From the NCBI GenBank assembly GCA_016839785.1, contig JAEOTQ010000041.1, positions 1-21,482 on the forward strand: a DNA stretch of 21,482 bases. The letters are read 5' to 3'. The translations under genes and the position numbers were made by a program. Position 1 is the first letter of the stretch; every line of letters begins with the position of its first letter. The notes beneath the pieces were generated by a model. That model made no database searches and was not told where the DNA came from. It worked only from the letters and a program-made list of their open reading frames with translations. Below, piece after piece: positions 8,899-17,084 of the stretch. Origin of the DNA: Candidatus Hodarchaeota archaeon. GTDB lineage: Archaea; Asgardarchaeota; Heimdallarchaeia; Hodarchaeales; Hodarchaeaceae.

Positions 8899-10242
8899 TT
8901 AAGTTCCTGTTTTCCAGCTTCCTAGATATTTCTCCTGTTCCTTGGTCAAAATATCCAGCTGAATTCCTAAAGCCTCACATTTAAGGAGAGCAACATTATT
9001 ATCGATATCTGGGGGGATCTCTATAACTTTCCCACCGAAAGATTCAATATTTTGCTTATTTTTGACAATATATTCGCTCGCTAAAGCCTGTAAAGAGAAA
9101 CTTAAGTCCATTACCTCTGAAGGATGGCCTTCTGCCGCTGCTAAATTAATCAATCGGCCTTCACCTAGTAAGTTTATCCTTCTATTATCAGGCATAACAA
9201 ATTGTTCCACAAAGGGTCGAATTTGAACTTTCTTCTCTGAAAGGTTTTCTAAGTCAGGTATATTAATCTCCACATTAAAATGTCCCGAATTTGCAATGAG
9301 ACATTCATCTTTCATTACTTCGAAGTGCTCTTTTCTTAAGACATCTCGATTTCCTGTCGTGGTTACTATGATATCTGCAATTTTACTTGCCTCTAACATA
9401 GACATAACTTCCATTCCTTCCATGACTGCCTGTAAAGCAGCATGGGGCTCAATCTCAGTGATTATCACTCTACGTGCTCCCATTCCCTTTGCTCTCATCG
9501 CTACTCCTTTTCCACAATGGCCATAGCCTGCCACTACAAAGACTTTAGAGGCAATTAAATCCGCTGTTGCCCGAAGGATCCCATCCATCGTTGATTGGCC
9601 TGTCCCGTAGACATTGTCGTAAAGATTTTTACAGGGTGAAGAATTAGTTGCCATAATGGGGTATAAGAGTGCTCCATCCTTTGCCATGGCTTCGAGACGA
9701 ATAATTCCTGTTGTTGTCTCTTCAGCTCCACCCCAAACTTCATCAATAATATCTTTTGACTCACCAATGACCTGTTTGACAATTTCTATCTCTGAATCTG
9801 TTTCTCCCCGTTTCAGCTTGTGTAAAATACTCACTAAGTCAGCTCCGTCATCAATCGTAATATGAGGGCGAGCAGCAATGACATGGCCTATTGATCGGTA
9901 ATATCCCTCTGTATCCATAAATTTCCACGCATATACATGTACTCCTTTCTCCACTAAGGCAGCAGGGATTTCATCCTGTGTGGAAAGTGGATTGGAGGCA
10001 CATAGATAAACCTCTGCCCCTCCGGCAAGCCATGCTTCACAAAGCTGCGAGGTTTCTTTTGTAACATGGAGACACGCACCAATTCTTACCCCTTTCAGAG
10101 GTTTTTCTTTCGTAAATCGTTTTTTAATTAGTTTCAGGACAGGCATTCGGCTTTCCGCCCAGTCCATAGTTTTTTTACCAGCTTCAGCTAAAGAAGCATC
10201 TCTTATCTCATAATTTTTTCCTTTTTCTGTTTGAATTCCCAT
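8899..10242 (-). CDS. ahcY: S-adenosylhomocysteine hydrolase; ORF open to TTG 10260
   Basis: 'ACLHVTKET', 'SNPLSTQD', 'IDDGADL', 'EETTTG', 'DNVYGTGQS', NAD-binding 'GYGHCGKG', 'GRLINL..AEGHPSEVMDLSF'. Confidence 0.97.
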   Translation of the reverse strand: MGIQTEKGKNYEIRDASLAEAGKKTMDWAESRMPVLKLIKKRFTKEKPLKGVRIGACLHVTKETSQLCEAWLAGGAEVYLCASNPLSTQDEIPAALVEKGVHVYAWKFMDTEGYYRSIGHVIAARPHITIDDGADLVSILHKLKRGETDSEIEIVKQVIGESKDIIDEVWGGAEETTTGIIRLEAMAKDGALLYPIMATNSSPCKNLYDNVYGTGQSTMDGILRATADLIASKVFVVAGYGHCGKGVAMRAKGMGARRVIITEIEPHAALQAVMEGMEVMSMLEASKIADIIVTTTGNRDVLRKEHFEVMKDECLIANSGHFNVEINIPDLENLSEKKVQIRPFVEQFVMPDNRRINLLGEGRLINLAAAEGHPSEVMDLSFSLQALASEYIVKNKQNIESFGGKVIEIPPDIDNNVALLKCEALGIQLDILTKEQEKYLGSWKTGT

Positions 10243-10268
10243 CTGTGAAACCTTCAACAAACGTGTAT

Positions 10269-11000
10269 TTATTTCGATTTTTTTGTAACTATAAGGTAAA
10301 TGGATCCAAATATTGTGTAGAGTAACGAAATAAATAGGATCATGCTAAGTGTGAGGATATTTGGAAAGAATACATAACTAATGACTACGAGTCCAGCAAA
10401 TATGATTAATGACGTGTCAGATAATTGTCCCCGCTTAGGTGAAGGGTATTTTACAATCTCTGTCATGAGGAGTCCAGTAATTAGAGTAAAAATAGTCAAC
10501 ATCATTCCGTCTTGTGCAAAAAACCATGTGGCATCTTGAAACGTGGATAATGTGGCACTTGTTCCTATCAGTAGTGCTGCTGCAGGAGAAGGAAGGCCTT
10601 CATAATAAATAGAGGTAGGGTTGGTTGCAAAACGAATTAATCTCATCCATCCACTTAGGGTATAAAATCCAGCTATCACCAAGGGGATTAGACCAATGAT
10701 ACCCTGTATATTCGTACCTACGAGATTGGTTTGGAGAATCATTATTCCAGGTAAGATTGCGAAGGTAATCACATCACTTATTGAATCCGCATACACTCCA
10801 AATTCGGATGTTGTTGGCGCTCGTTTTGCCATGAATCCATCAAGAAAATCAAATATTGCTCCAAGAATTAATAGTTGCAAAGGAACATAAGGTAACGTTT
10901 CAGGATAATAGATTGTAGCCATTATCCCAATGATTCCTGCAAGGGCATTTGAAGCAGTGAAAATGTGAGCAGTTAATGTGTACTTATTGAGATGAGCCAT
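10269..11000 (-). CDS. pssA: CDP-alcohol phosphatidyltransferase, (archaetidyl/phosphatidyl)serine synthase
   Basis: 'DFLDGFMAKR...SEFGVYADSISDVITF' signature, 'RLIRF', 'YEGLPSPAAA', multiple hydrophobic helices, adjacent to psd. Confidence 0.88.
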   Translation of the reverse strand: MAHLNKYTLTAHIFTASNALAGIIGIMATIYYPETLPYVPLQLLILGAIFDFLDGFMAKRAPTTSEFGVYADSISDVITFAILPGIMILQTNLVGTNIQGIIGLIPLVIAGFYTLSGWMRLIRFATNPTSIYYEGLPSPAAALLIGTSATLSTFQDATWFFAQDGMMLTIFTLITGLLMTEIVKYPSPKRGQLSDTSLIIFAGLVVISYVFFPNILTLSMILFISLLYTIFGSIYLIVTKKSK

Positions 11001-11008
11001 CTTGGAAT

Positions 11009-11641
11009 CTACCCTCCCTGATACTCAGCTAGGAGACTAATTCCTGCTTTAGTTTTATCATTCTTCTGTACAAGAATTTTATACTTATCTTTTGGAAAAT
11101 GAAGATCAACCTCACTTCCATATCGAATCATCCCCATTCGCCTTCCTTGTTCAACTTTCTCCTCTTCCTTTCCGTAAATAATACACCGTCGGGCAATCAT
11201 CCCAACAATTTGAACGATTTGAAAGGTCCCAATTTCATTTCTCAACTCCACCGTTTGTTTTGAATTCTCATCTGTTCCACGCCGTAAAAAAGAAAGAAAA
11301 GGCCAATGTTTTCCACTTAGAATAGATATTTTGGTTATTGTACCTGAGACTGGCCAACGGTTTACATGAGCATCGAATAGGGACATACGTATCCTAATAA
11401 TCCCCTCTTCAGGTAAGATCTCATATATTTTACCATCAGCAGGCGCTATTAGATTATTTGAATTTTTTGAAATGTCTCTCGACGGATCACGAAAAAAATA
11501 GAGATGGCCTGCTAATAACAGCACATTAGCTGGGATTAAAAAGACTATCCAATAATATAACAGAGAATAGAAGAATAAAATTGGAATGAGGGTTGTTAGT
11601 GCTAAGGTGATCTGTGCGTGTCCTTTCGCAAGAGCGAACAT
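11009..11641 (-). CDS. psd: (Archaetidyl/phosphatidyl)serine decarboxylase proenzyme
   Basis: 'YFFRDPSR', 'APADGKI', 'HVNRWPVSG', 'GMIARR', self-cleavage 'GMIRYGSEVD'. Confidence 0.93.
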   Translation of the reverse strand: MFALAKGHAQITLALTTLIPILFFYSLLYYWIVFLIPANVLLLAGHLYFFRDPSRDISKNSNNLIAPADGKIYEILPEEGIIRIRMSLFDAHVNRWPVSGTITKISILSGKHWPFLSFLRRGTDENSKQTVELRNEIGTFQIVQIVGMIARRCIIYGKEEEKVEQGRRMGMIRYGSEVDLHFPKDKYKILVQKNDKTKAGISLLAEYQGG

Positions 11642-11644
11642 GTC

Positions 11645-13429
11645 CTAGTCAAACCCCAAGATATCAGGTTCCATTTTTTCTTGAATATAGTTTTTGCATG
11701 TGTCACGGATTGTGTTAAATTCTTCATCAAATGCCCATTTCAATTTTGCTATATCATTTAACACGGATAAAGAAGTCATCTTCTCAAGAGGAACGCCAGC
11801 GTTGTAGTTATCACGTATCTTATAATAAAATTGCATAATTAGCTTTAATATTTCGTATTGCTTCTCTAGAGGACAGAAGGAATCATCAGAATAAGCATTT
11901 TGCTGGAGAAAGTCTTCTCGAATCATTTTTGCAGATAATAGGACAATCTTCTCTGAATCAGGTAGAGCATCAGGCCCAATTAATTGCACAATTTCTTGAA
12001 GTTCTTTTTCCTTTTGTAATAAGGTCATTGCTTCTTCACGTAGCTGTATGAAGTCTTTTGCAACATTACCTTGGTACCATTTTGACAGAGAATCAATGTA
12101 TAAGCTATAACTTTCTAACCAAGAAATTGCAGGAAAGTGTCTTGACCTAGCTAAAGGATAGCTTAAAGCCCAGAACACTCGTACAGTTTTTAGAGTATTC
12201 TGCGTAACAGGTTCTGAGAAATCACCACCACCAGGAGAAATAGCCCCAATAGCGGAAATACTAGCAGTATGACCAGAGAGAGTCTCTGTTCTTCCTGCAC
12301 GCTCGTAAAATTCAGCAATTCGTGATGCTAAATACGCAGGATATCCTTCTTCTCCAGGCATTTCCTCTAATCGACCGGATATTTCTCTCAATGCTTCGGC
12401 CCACCTACTGGTGGAATCTGCCATTAATGCAACATCAAGACCCATATCTCGATAGTATTCTGCAAGAGTAATTCCCAAATAGACAGAGGCTTCACGTGCG
12501 GCAACGGGCATATTAGAAGTATTTGCAATAAGAACAGTACGTTGCATGAGTTTTTCACCAGTTCTTGGATCCTCTAATGATGGAAACTCCTTTAATACTT
12601 CGGCCATTTCATTTCCACGCTCACCACAACCAACATATACAACAACTGTGGCATCAGACCATTTTGCTAACTGATGTTGAGAAACCGTTTTTCCTGTACC
12701 AAATCCTCCAGGAATAGCAGCTACTCCACCTTTGGCAATGGGAAAGAAGGTATCAAAGATACGTTGTCCTGTAATTAGTGGGATTGTTGCTTCAAGTTTT
12801 CGTACTACAGGTCTTGCTCGTCTAACGGGCCATAATTGCTTCATAGTTAACGGTATAGAACTCCCATTCACTTTGACCTTCCCAATTTCATCTATAATCG
12901 TATAATTACCCCGTTCAGCTAGATCTGAAAGGGTACCTTGCTTAATATTAGGTGGAACCATAATCTTATGGGTGACAACATTAGATTCCTTTACTTCCCC
13001 AATATGAGTTCCTCCAGAAACTTTAGCACCATTTTCAAGAAGAGGAATGAAGTCCCATTTTTTCTGTTCATCTAAAGGAGTGGTCGAGATACCTCGAGTA
13101 ATGAAATTGCCAGCTATAACTTCTAATGCTGGTAACGGTCTTTGAATGCCATCATAAATCTTCGTTAGTAACCCAGGACCAAGTTCTGCACTCAAAGGAT
13201 TACCCGTAGAGAAAGCTTGTTCACGTGGTTTTAATCCAGTTGTTTCTTCATAAACCTGAACGGTAGAGATATGATTAGTTCCAGTTCGATTAATTCGAAT
13301 AATTTCACCTATTAACTGTTCTTCACCAACTTTAACAATCTCATACAGTTTGGCGTTAGTCAACCCATTAATTTCCACTACAGGGCCAGAAATCTTGGTA
13401 ATTTTTCCTACTTGAGCATTTGGTGACAT
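11645..13429 (-). CDS. atpA: A/V-type ATP synthase catalytic subunit A; ORF open to TTG 13435
   Basis: 'ISGPVV', 'QVYEETTGL', 'IYDGIQRPL', P-loop GGFGTGKT, 'GCGERGNEM', 'NTSNMPVAAREAS', 'DSTSRWAEALREISGRLEEMPGEEGYPAYL'. No intein. Confidence 0.97.
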   Translation of the reverse strand: MSPNAQVGKITKISGPVVEINGLTNAKLYEIVKVGEEQLIGEIIRINRTGTNHISTVQVYEETTGLKPREQAFSTGNPLSAELGPGLLTKIYDGIQRPLPALEVIAGNFITRGISTTPLDEQKKWDFIPLLENGAKVSGGTHIGEVKESNVVTHKIMVPPNIKQGTLSDLAERGNYTIIDEIGKVKVNGSSIPLTMKQLWPVRRARPVVRKLEATIPLITGQRIFDTFFPIAKGGVAAIPGGFGTGKTVSQHQLAKWSDATVVVYVGCGERGNEMAEVLKEFPSLEDPRTGEKLMQRTVLIANTSNMPVAAREASVYLGITLAEYYRDMGLDVALMADSTSRWAEALREISGRLEEMPGEEGYPAYLASRIAEFYERAGRTETLSGHTASISAIGAISPGGGDFSEPVTQNTLKTVRVFWALSYPLARSRHFPAISWLESYSLYIDSLSKWYQGNVAKDFIQLREEAMTLLQKEKELQEIVQLIGPDALPDSEKIVLLSAKMIREDFLQQNAYSDDSFCPLEKQYEILKLIMQFYYKIRDNYNAGVPLEKMTSLSVLNDIAKLKWAFDEEFNTIRDTCKNYIQEKMEPDILGFD

Positions 13430-13786
13430 AATCAAACCTTCTTGTGGAATTGTTTAACAATCCTTAGTCTAACCGATCACAATTTATGTGTCTTAAGATT
13501 TTTTTTCTTCGACTTGATGTGGTTCTTTTGCCTTTAATAGATTAATTTCAAACCACCTCAAAAGGAAAAACCTATTTGAATTTTCATTCTAGGATGGAAA
13601 AAATAATTTTTTATTACTAATTAATGTTTGATGAAGTTTATCAAGTATTCCATGAAAAAAATGGGGTTAGAATTCAATCGCACCAATTAAGAATGATTAT
13701 TAGATCCTCTAAGGAAACAATTATATTTAATTCCAACAATTTTTGCTTGATAATAGAACTTAACGTTTATGAAGGAGTAGTAGAGT

Positions 13787-14371
13787 TTGTCACTTAATTT
13801 TGAAGATCTCACCCCAGATGCCATTATTCAATTGGTAGAGCAATTTAAGTCTGAAAATAGACTATCTATGTTGCAAGAAGAACATGAGATCCTACTTGTT
13901 AAATCAGAGATCGAAGGAATCAGTAAACAAGCTGAAATTGAGAAATTAGAAACAGAAATATCCTCAATAAAAAGACAAAACAGTGAAACAAGCAGTAAAG
14001 CAAATCTCTTGATGGAAAATTTTAGAAGTCAGACCATTCTTAAGGAAAGATTAGAAAAACTTGAACAAAAGCGGAATACTATACAGTTGGAGGTTTATCA
14101 AGCACTAAAGGATGAGTATCTAACTGAGCTCAATAAATTAACTGAAAATTTGGGTGTGTTTATGAAAAAATTAGAAATTGCTAGACAACAAACCCAACCA
14201 TTGATCCAGGTTTTGAATTTTCAAATTGAAGAATTAGCTGTGAGGAAAGAAGTGGAAGATCTCTCTGAAGATGATTTTAATGCACGAAATACAGAATTGA
14301 AAGCAGATTTAGAAAACAAGATGAATTATTTATCAGCCTTGGATTTTATTCTTAAGCAGGTGAAGACTTAA
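13787..14371 (+). CDS. Coiled-coil protein with CdvA-like C-terminal domain
   Basis: Two repeated turn motifs 'LEKLEQKRNTIQLEVYQALKDEY' and 'IEELAVRKEVEDLSEDDFNAR' within heptad coiled coil, resembling the CdvA coiled-coil domain. TTG start preceded by GGAG. Confidence 0.6.
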   Translation: MSLNFEDLTPDAIIQLVEQFKSENRLSMLQEEHEILLVKSEIEGISKQAEIEKLETEISSIKRQNSETSSKANLLMENFRSQTILKERLEKLEQKRNTIQLEVYQALKDEYLTELNKLTENLGVFMKKLEIARQQTQPLIQVLNFQIEELAVRKEVEDLSEDDFNARNTELKADLENKMNYLSALDFILKQVKT

Positions 14372-14680
14372 ATGTCCATTTCGTTTACTAAACGATTGGA
14401 CGCTGCTAAAAAACTTGTTAAACAAAATTCTGTAAAAAAATACGTAATTGATGGCAATAGTGAGCGTTGGGTTGTCGTTGGGACTTCACGTGATTATTTA
14501 AACTTAACTAACCCGATTTGGTGTAGATGTTATGCGTTTCAGAGAGGTCTTTACAAAGATCCTTTCTTTCAGTGCAAACATAGTCTTGCAGTTAAAATAG
14601 CGATTAATGAAAACAGCTACGATAACTTAAAAATAACGAACGAAGAATTTGATCCACTCCGAACAGAGTGGTTGGTTTAG
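14372..14680 (+). CDS. Stand-alone SWIM zinc-finger protein (SWS1/ZSWIM7-like)
   Basis: CxC-x14-CxH ('CRCYAF...QCKHSLAV') preceded by 'WVVVGTSRDY'. ATG directly follows the upstream TAA. Confidence 0.85.
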   Translation: MSISFTKRLDAAKKLVKQNSVKKYVIDGNSERWVVVGTSRDYLNLTNPIWCRCYAFQRGLYKDPFFQCKHSLAVKIAINENSYDNLKITNEEFDPLRTEWLV

Positions 14681-14698
14681 GCACAATTAAAGAACAAA

Positions 14699-15697
14699 CT
14701 ATAAGTGTTCCTCATTATTAGTTATTAGATTCGTAAGAATCATCAAAATAAAATCAAAAATTGCTTTTAGATCCATTCGAACCTCATTATTATATCCTGC
14801 AGCTCCATCATGACCTCCCCCACTTCCTCCAAACTCCTTAAGGAGAAGAGGGATGATATCTCTTCCTAGGGAAATGTCTGTTGCTTTTACAAAATCTGAT
14901 TCCGCCCGAAAACTTATTCGTGTAGAATCCGTATGTCTTCCTACTACTACTGCTAGATCTCCTCCAAGGAAAATTAATGATCTAGCTGCAGCAGCTTCAA
15001 ATGAACTGACGTGAGAAAGTAATATTTGAAATTTTCCGATTTCTACTCTTTTCATTCGTTGCGTAGCTTTGATACATGCAATCCGTTCAACAAGTGGCCT
15101 TTTAGATGTAAAGAGAGGCAATATTTCCTTATAGGTTTCAGGATAGTCTCGAATTAAATACGAAATATTGTCAAATAACTCGCTATTCACATACAGAAAG
15201 CGTCTGGTATCAAAAATCATTCCTGCAAGAAGAGCTTTTACACTCTCTACATTTAGAGGAATCTTTCCTATTCGATAGAGTTGTGTAATGATTTCTGAAG
15301 TCGAAGTAACTTTCTGAGATCTCATATCAAATAGTAACTGTGTATTTACTTCCTGTTTTATATGATGATCAATAATAATAATCTTCCTTGATACTTGGTC
15401 GAGTTCACTCGGGATAGATGGATTATCAAGGAGGATGAGTGTTGTATGTGAATCACCCTCCGAGACCAGAGGTAGTTCATAATCAAGATGAAGGAGTAGA
15501 TTTCTACTAAGGCGACTAAGGTCAGGTTTGTAGACAGATACTTTTATCCGTGGATTTATGTACCGTATCATATGGATCAACGCTATCGCTGATCCAACAG
15601 CATCAGGATCGGCCTGATCATGCATGGCAATCATTATTGGGCTATTATACTTCCTTAACCAAGAAAGAAGCCCTTGCATTGTACTGTGATCGGCCAA
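14699..15697 (-). CDS. DHH/DHHA1-family phosphoesterase (NrnA-like)
   Basis: 'HDQADPDAVGS', 'ILLD', 'IIIDHH', 'GMIFDT', C-terminal 'GGSGGGHDGAAG'. Confidence 0.9.
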   Translation of the reverse strand: MADHSTMQGLLSWLRKYNSPIMIAMHDQADPDAVGSAIALIHMIRYINPRIKVSVYKPDLSRLSRNLLLHLDYELPLVSEGDSHTTLILLDNPSIPSELDQVSRKIIIIDHHIKQEVNTQLLFDMRSQKVTSTSEIITQLYRIGKIPLNVESVKALLAGMIFDTRRFLYVNSELFDNISYLIRDYPETYKEILPLFTSKRPLVERIACIKATQRMKRVEIGKFQILLSHVSSFEAAAARSLIFLGGDLAVVVGRHTDSTRISFRAESDFVKATDISLGRDIIPLLLKEFGGSGGGHDGAAGYNNEVRMDLKAIFDFILMILTNLITNNEEHL

Positions 15698-15699
15698 TT

Positions 15700-16242
15700 C
15701 TATTCCTTCTCTATTGGTTCGCCAATTAATGATTCAATTTCGGCATGTAATGCCCAAACTCTTTGAATAATTGGATGGAGTTCGTCTAAATGCTGGGAAT
15801 ACCGCTTTATGACTTGATTGGTACTTAAAATATCTTTTTTCTTTGAAATATTGTCTGCATAAGCAACTATCTTCTCCTCTAATGATTTGGGGAGAAAATC
15901 CTTCATTGGTAAATCGAATTCTGAAGTTTCCTCTTTCGAAATACCAGCAAATATGTGATTCTCTACAATACTTATCATTCTTTCTGGTAATCCTTCTTTT
16001 TTTAAGAGTTTTGCACCAATTATTCCATGATCGAGTTTATGTGATCGTGATCTTCCAATATCATGAAGCATAGCTCCAGCTAAAATCAGATTACAATCTA
16101 TAGAATGATTTTTGGATTTCAAGATTTTAGTAATTCTCATTGCTGTTTGTGTCGTAAGAAATAAGTGTGTGATTACTCTGTTAGGAACTGAATATTGAAA
16201 TAAAAGCTGCAAACATTGTGAATAAGTAGGAATAGCTTTCAG
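15700..16242 (-). CDS. HD-domain (HDIG) phosphohydrolase; start uncertain (CTG 16242 or TTG 16212)
   Basis: 'VITH', 'GAMLHDIGRS', 'HGIIGAKLL', 'VENHIFAGI', 'EEKIVAYAD'. The frame extends upstream of TTG 16212 with a family-like KAIPTYSQCLQLL. Confidence 0.88.
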   Translation of the reverse strand: MKAIPTYSQCLQLLFQYSVPNRVITHLFLTTQTAMRITKILKSKNHSIDCNLILAGAMLHDIGRSRSHKLDHGIIGAKLLKKEGLPERMISIVENHIFAGISKEETSEFDLPMKDFLPKSLEEKIVAYADNISKKKDILSTNQVIKRYSQHLDELHPIIQRVWALHAEIESLIGEPIEKE

Positions 16243-16251
16243 TAGCTTTCA
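16233..16251. repeat. 9-bp direct repeat with 10-nt period at the HD gene start
   Basis: tagctttca at 16233-16241 and 16243-16251. Confidence 0.85.
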
Positions 16252-16278
16252 TCTCAATCATAAATTAAAGTGAATAGA

Positions 16279-16416
16279 TAGGGACGGAGGGATTTTCATG
16301 AGAAAGCATTCTGCTTATCTTATTTTGAACCCCCGGCCTCTTGGTCCCGAACCAAGAATCATTTGGTCAAAGTATTTAGATAAAATACGATTAAAACCAA
16401 TCTAGACCACGTCCCT
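16279..16416 (-). tRNA. tRNA-Pro(CGG) with two non-canonical introns (D-loop about 16363-16393; T-loop 16293-16323)
   Basis: Acceptor AGGGACG/CGTCCCT plus A; D stem GTC/GAT; anticodon arm CTTGG-TT-CGG-GA-CCAAG; T stem GGGGG/CCCTC. Two hairpin-forming inserts of about 30 nt; removing them restores a cloverleaf. Confidence 0.9.
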
Positions 16417-16641
16417 TTTTTAATTCACTGACCAATTATAGGTTAATGAGTTTACCTTGTTTCAGTCTAAAGTTCTTAAGGATTTAAATTTTTCTGGTGT
16501 CAGATCATTTAAATCTCAGAGAAGTTCTCATTGGAAGGAAAATAAATCTTCCCAACTCAAAAAGAAGATCTAGCTACTACTTGAGTAAAGCTTTGCATCT
16601 AAAAAGGAATACATTAAGAAATTATAAGTAATGTTGGAAAT

Positions 16642-17043
16642 CTATAGATCTTCATAGGTTTCGTCGATTTCAGTTGGTTCTTCATCTTCTTCTGTAGTTA
16701 TCTCAGCCATCGCAGTTTTGACCTGCATAACGAAACCCAAATATTTCTCTAATAATTTCTCAACTTGATCATCAGTTAAGCGATCTCTCGTTACAGCTTT
16801 TACGTCAGTAACAGTTTTTGGATTTAAGTTAACAAGCTGAACAGCAATCAATCTTGAAAGTTCAAATTCAGATTGTAACATTTCCAAGACTTCTTCAGAA
16901 TACGCAGCTTCTCTTGAAAGATTTTCTGCATGTTGAGCGGTCACCCGTTGAACATAATTAATCCCCGATTCTTCCCTCATCTGAAGGAATTCATATACTT
17001 GCCCTAATGGGATGGGTTTTTCTTCTTTAACCTTTCGTACCAA
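16642..17043 (-). CDS. rpoF: RNA polymerase subunit Rpo4 (F)
   Basis: 'EEKPIPLGQVYEFL', 'NYVQRVTAQHA', 'AVQLVNLNPKTVTDVKAV'. Conserved position after rpl21e. Acidic tail. TTG start with GGAG. Confidence 0.85.
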   Translation of the reverse strand: MVRKVKEEKPIPLGQVYEFLQMREESGINYVQRVTAQHAENLSREAAYSEEVLEMLQSEFELSRLIAVQLVNLNPKTVTDVKAVTRDRLTDDQVEKLLEKYLGFVMQVKTAMAEITTEEDEEPTEIDETYEDL

Positions 17044-17084
17044 TTTTATAGATCTCCAAAAACGGTTTTCTTGTTATACTAAGA

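Noticed and set aside
5809-10890. Short ORFs 5809-6009, 8730-8984, 9296-9526, 9555-9782, 9656-9865 and 10696-10890
   Set aside because: They overlap well-supported genes in other frames or strands and show no family features.
13436-13786. 350-nt gap upstream of atpA as a possible missed ATPase subunit or ncRNA
   Set aside because: No ORF in the track, very AT-rich, no convincing structure. Consistent with divergent promoters.
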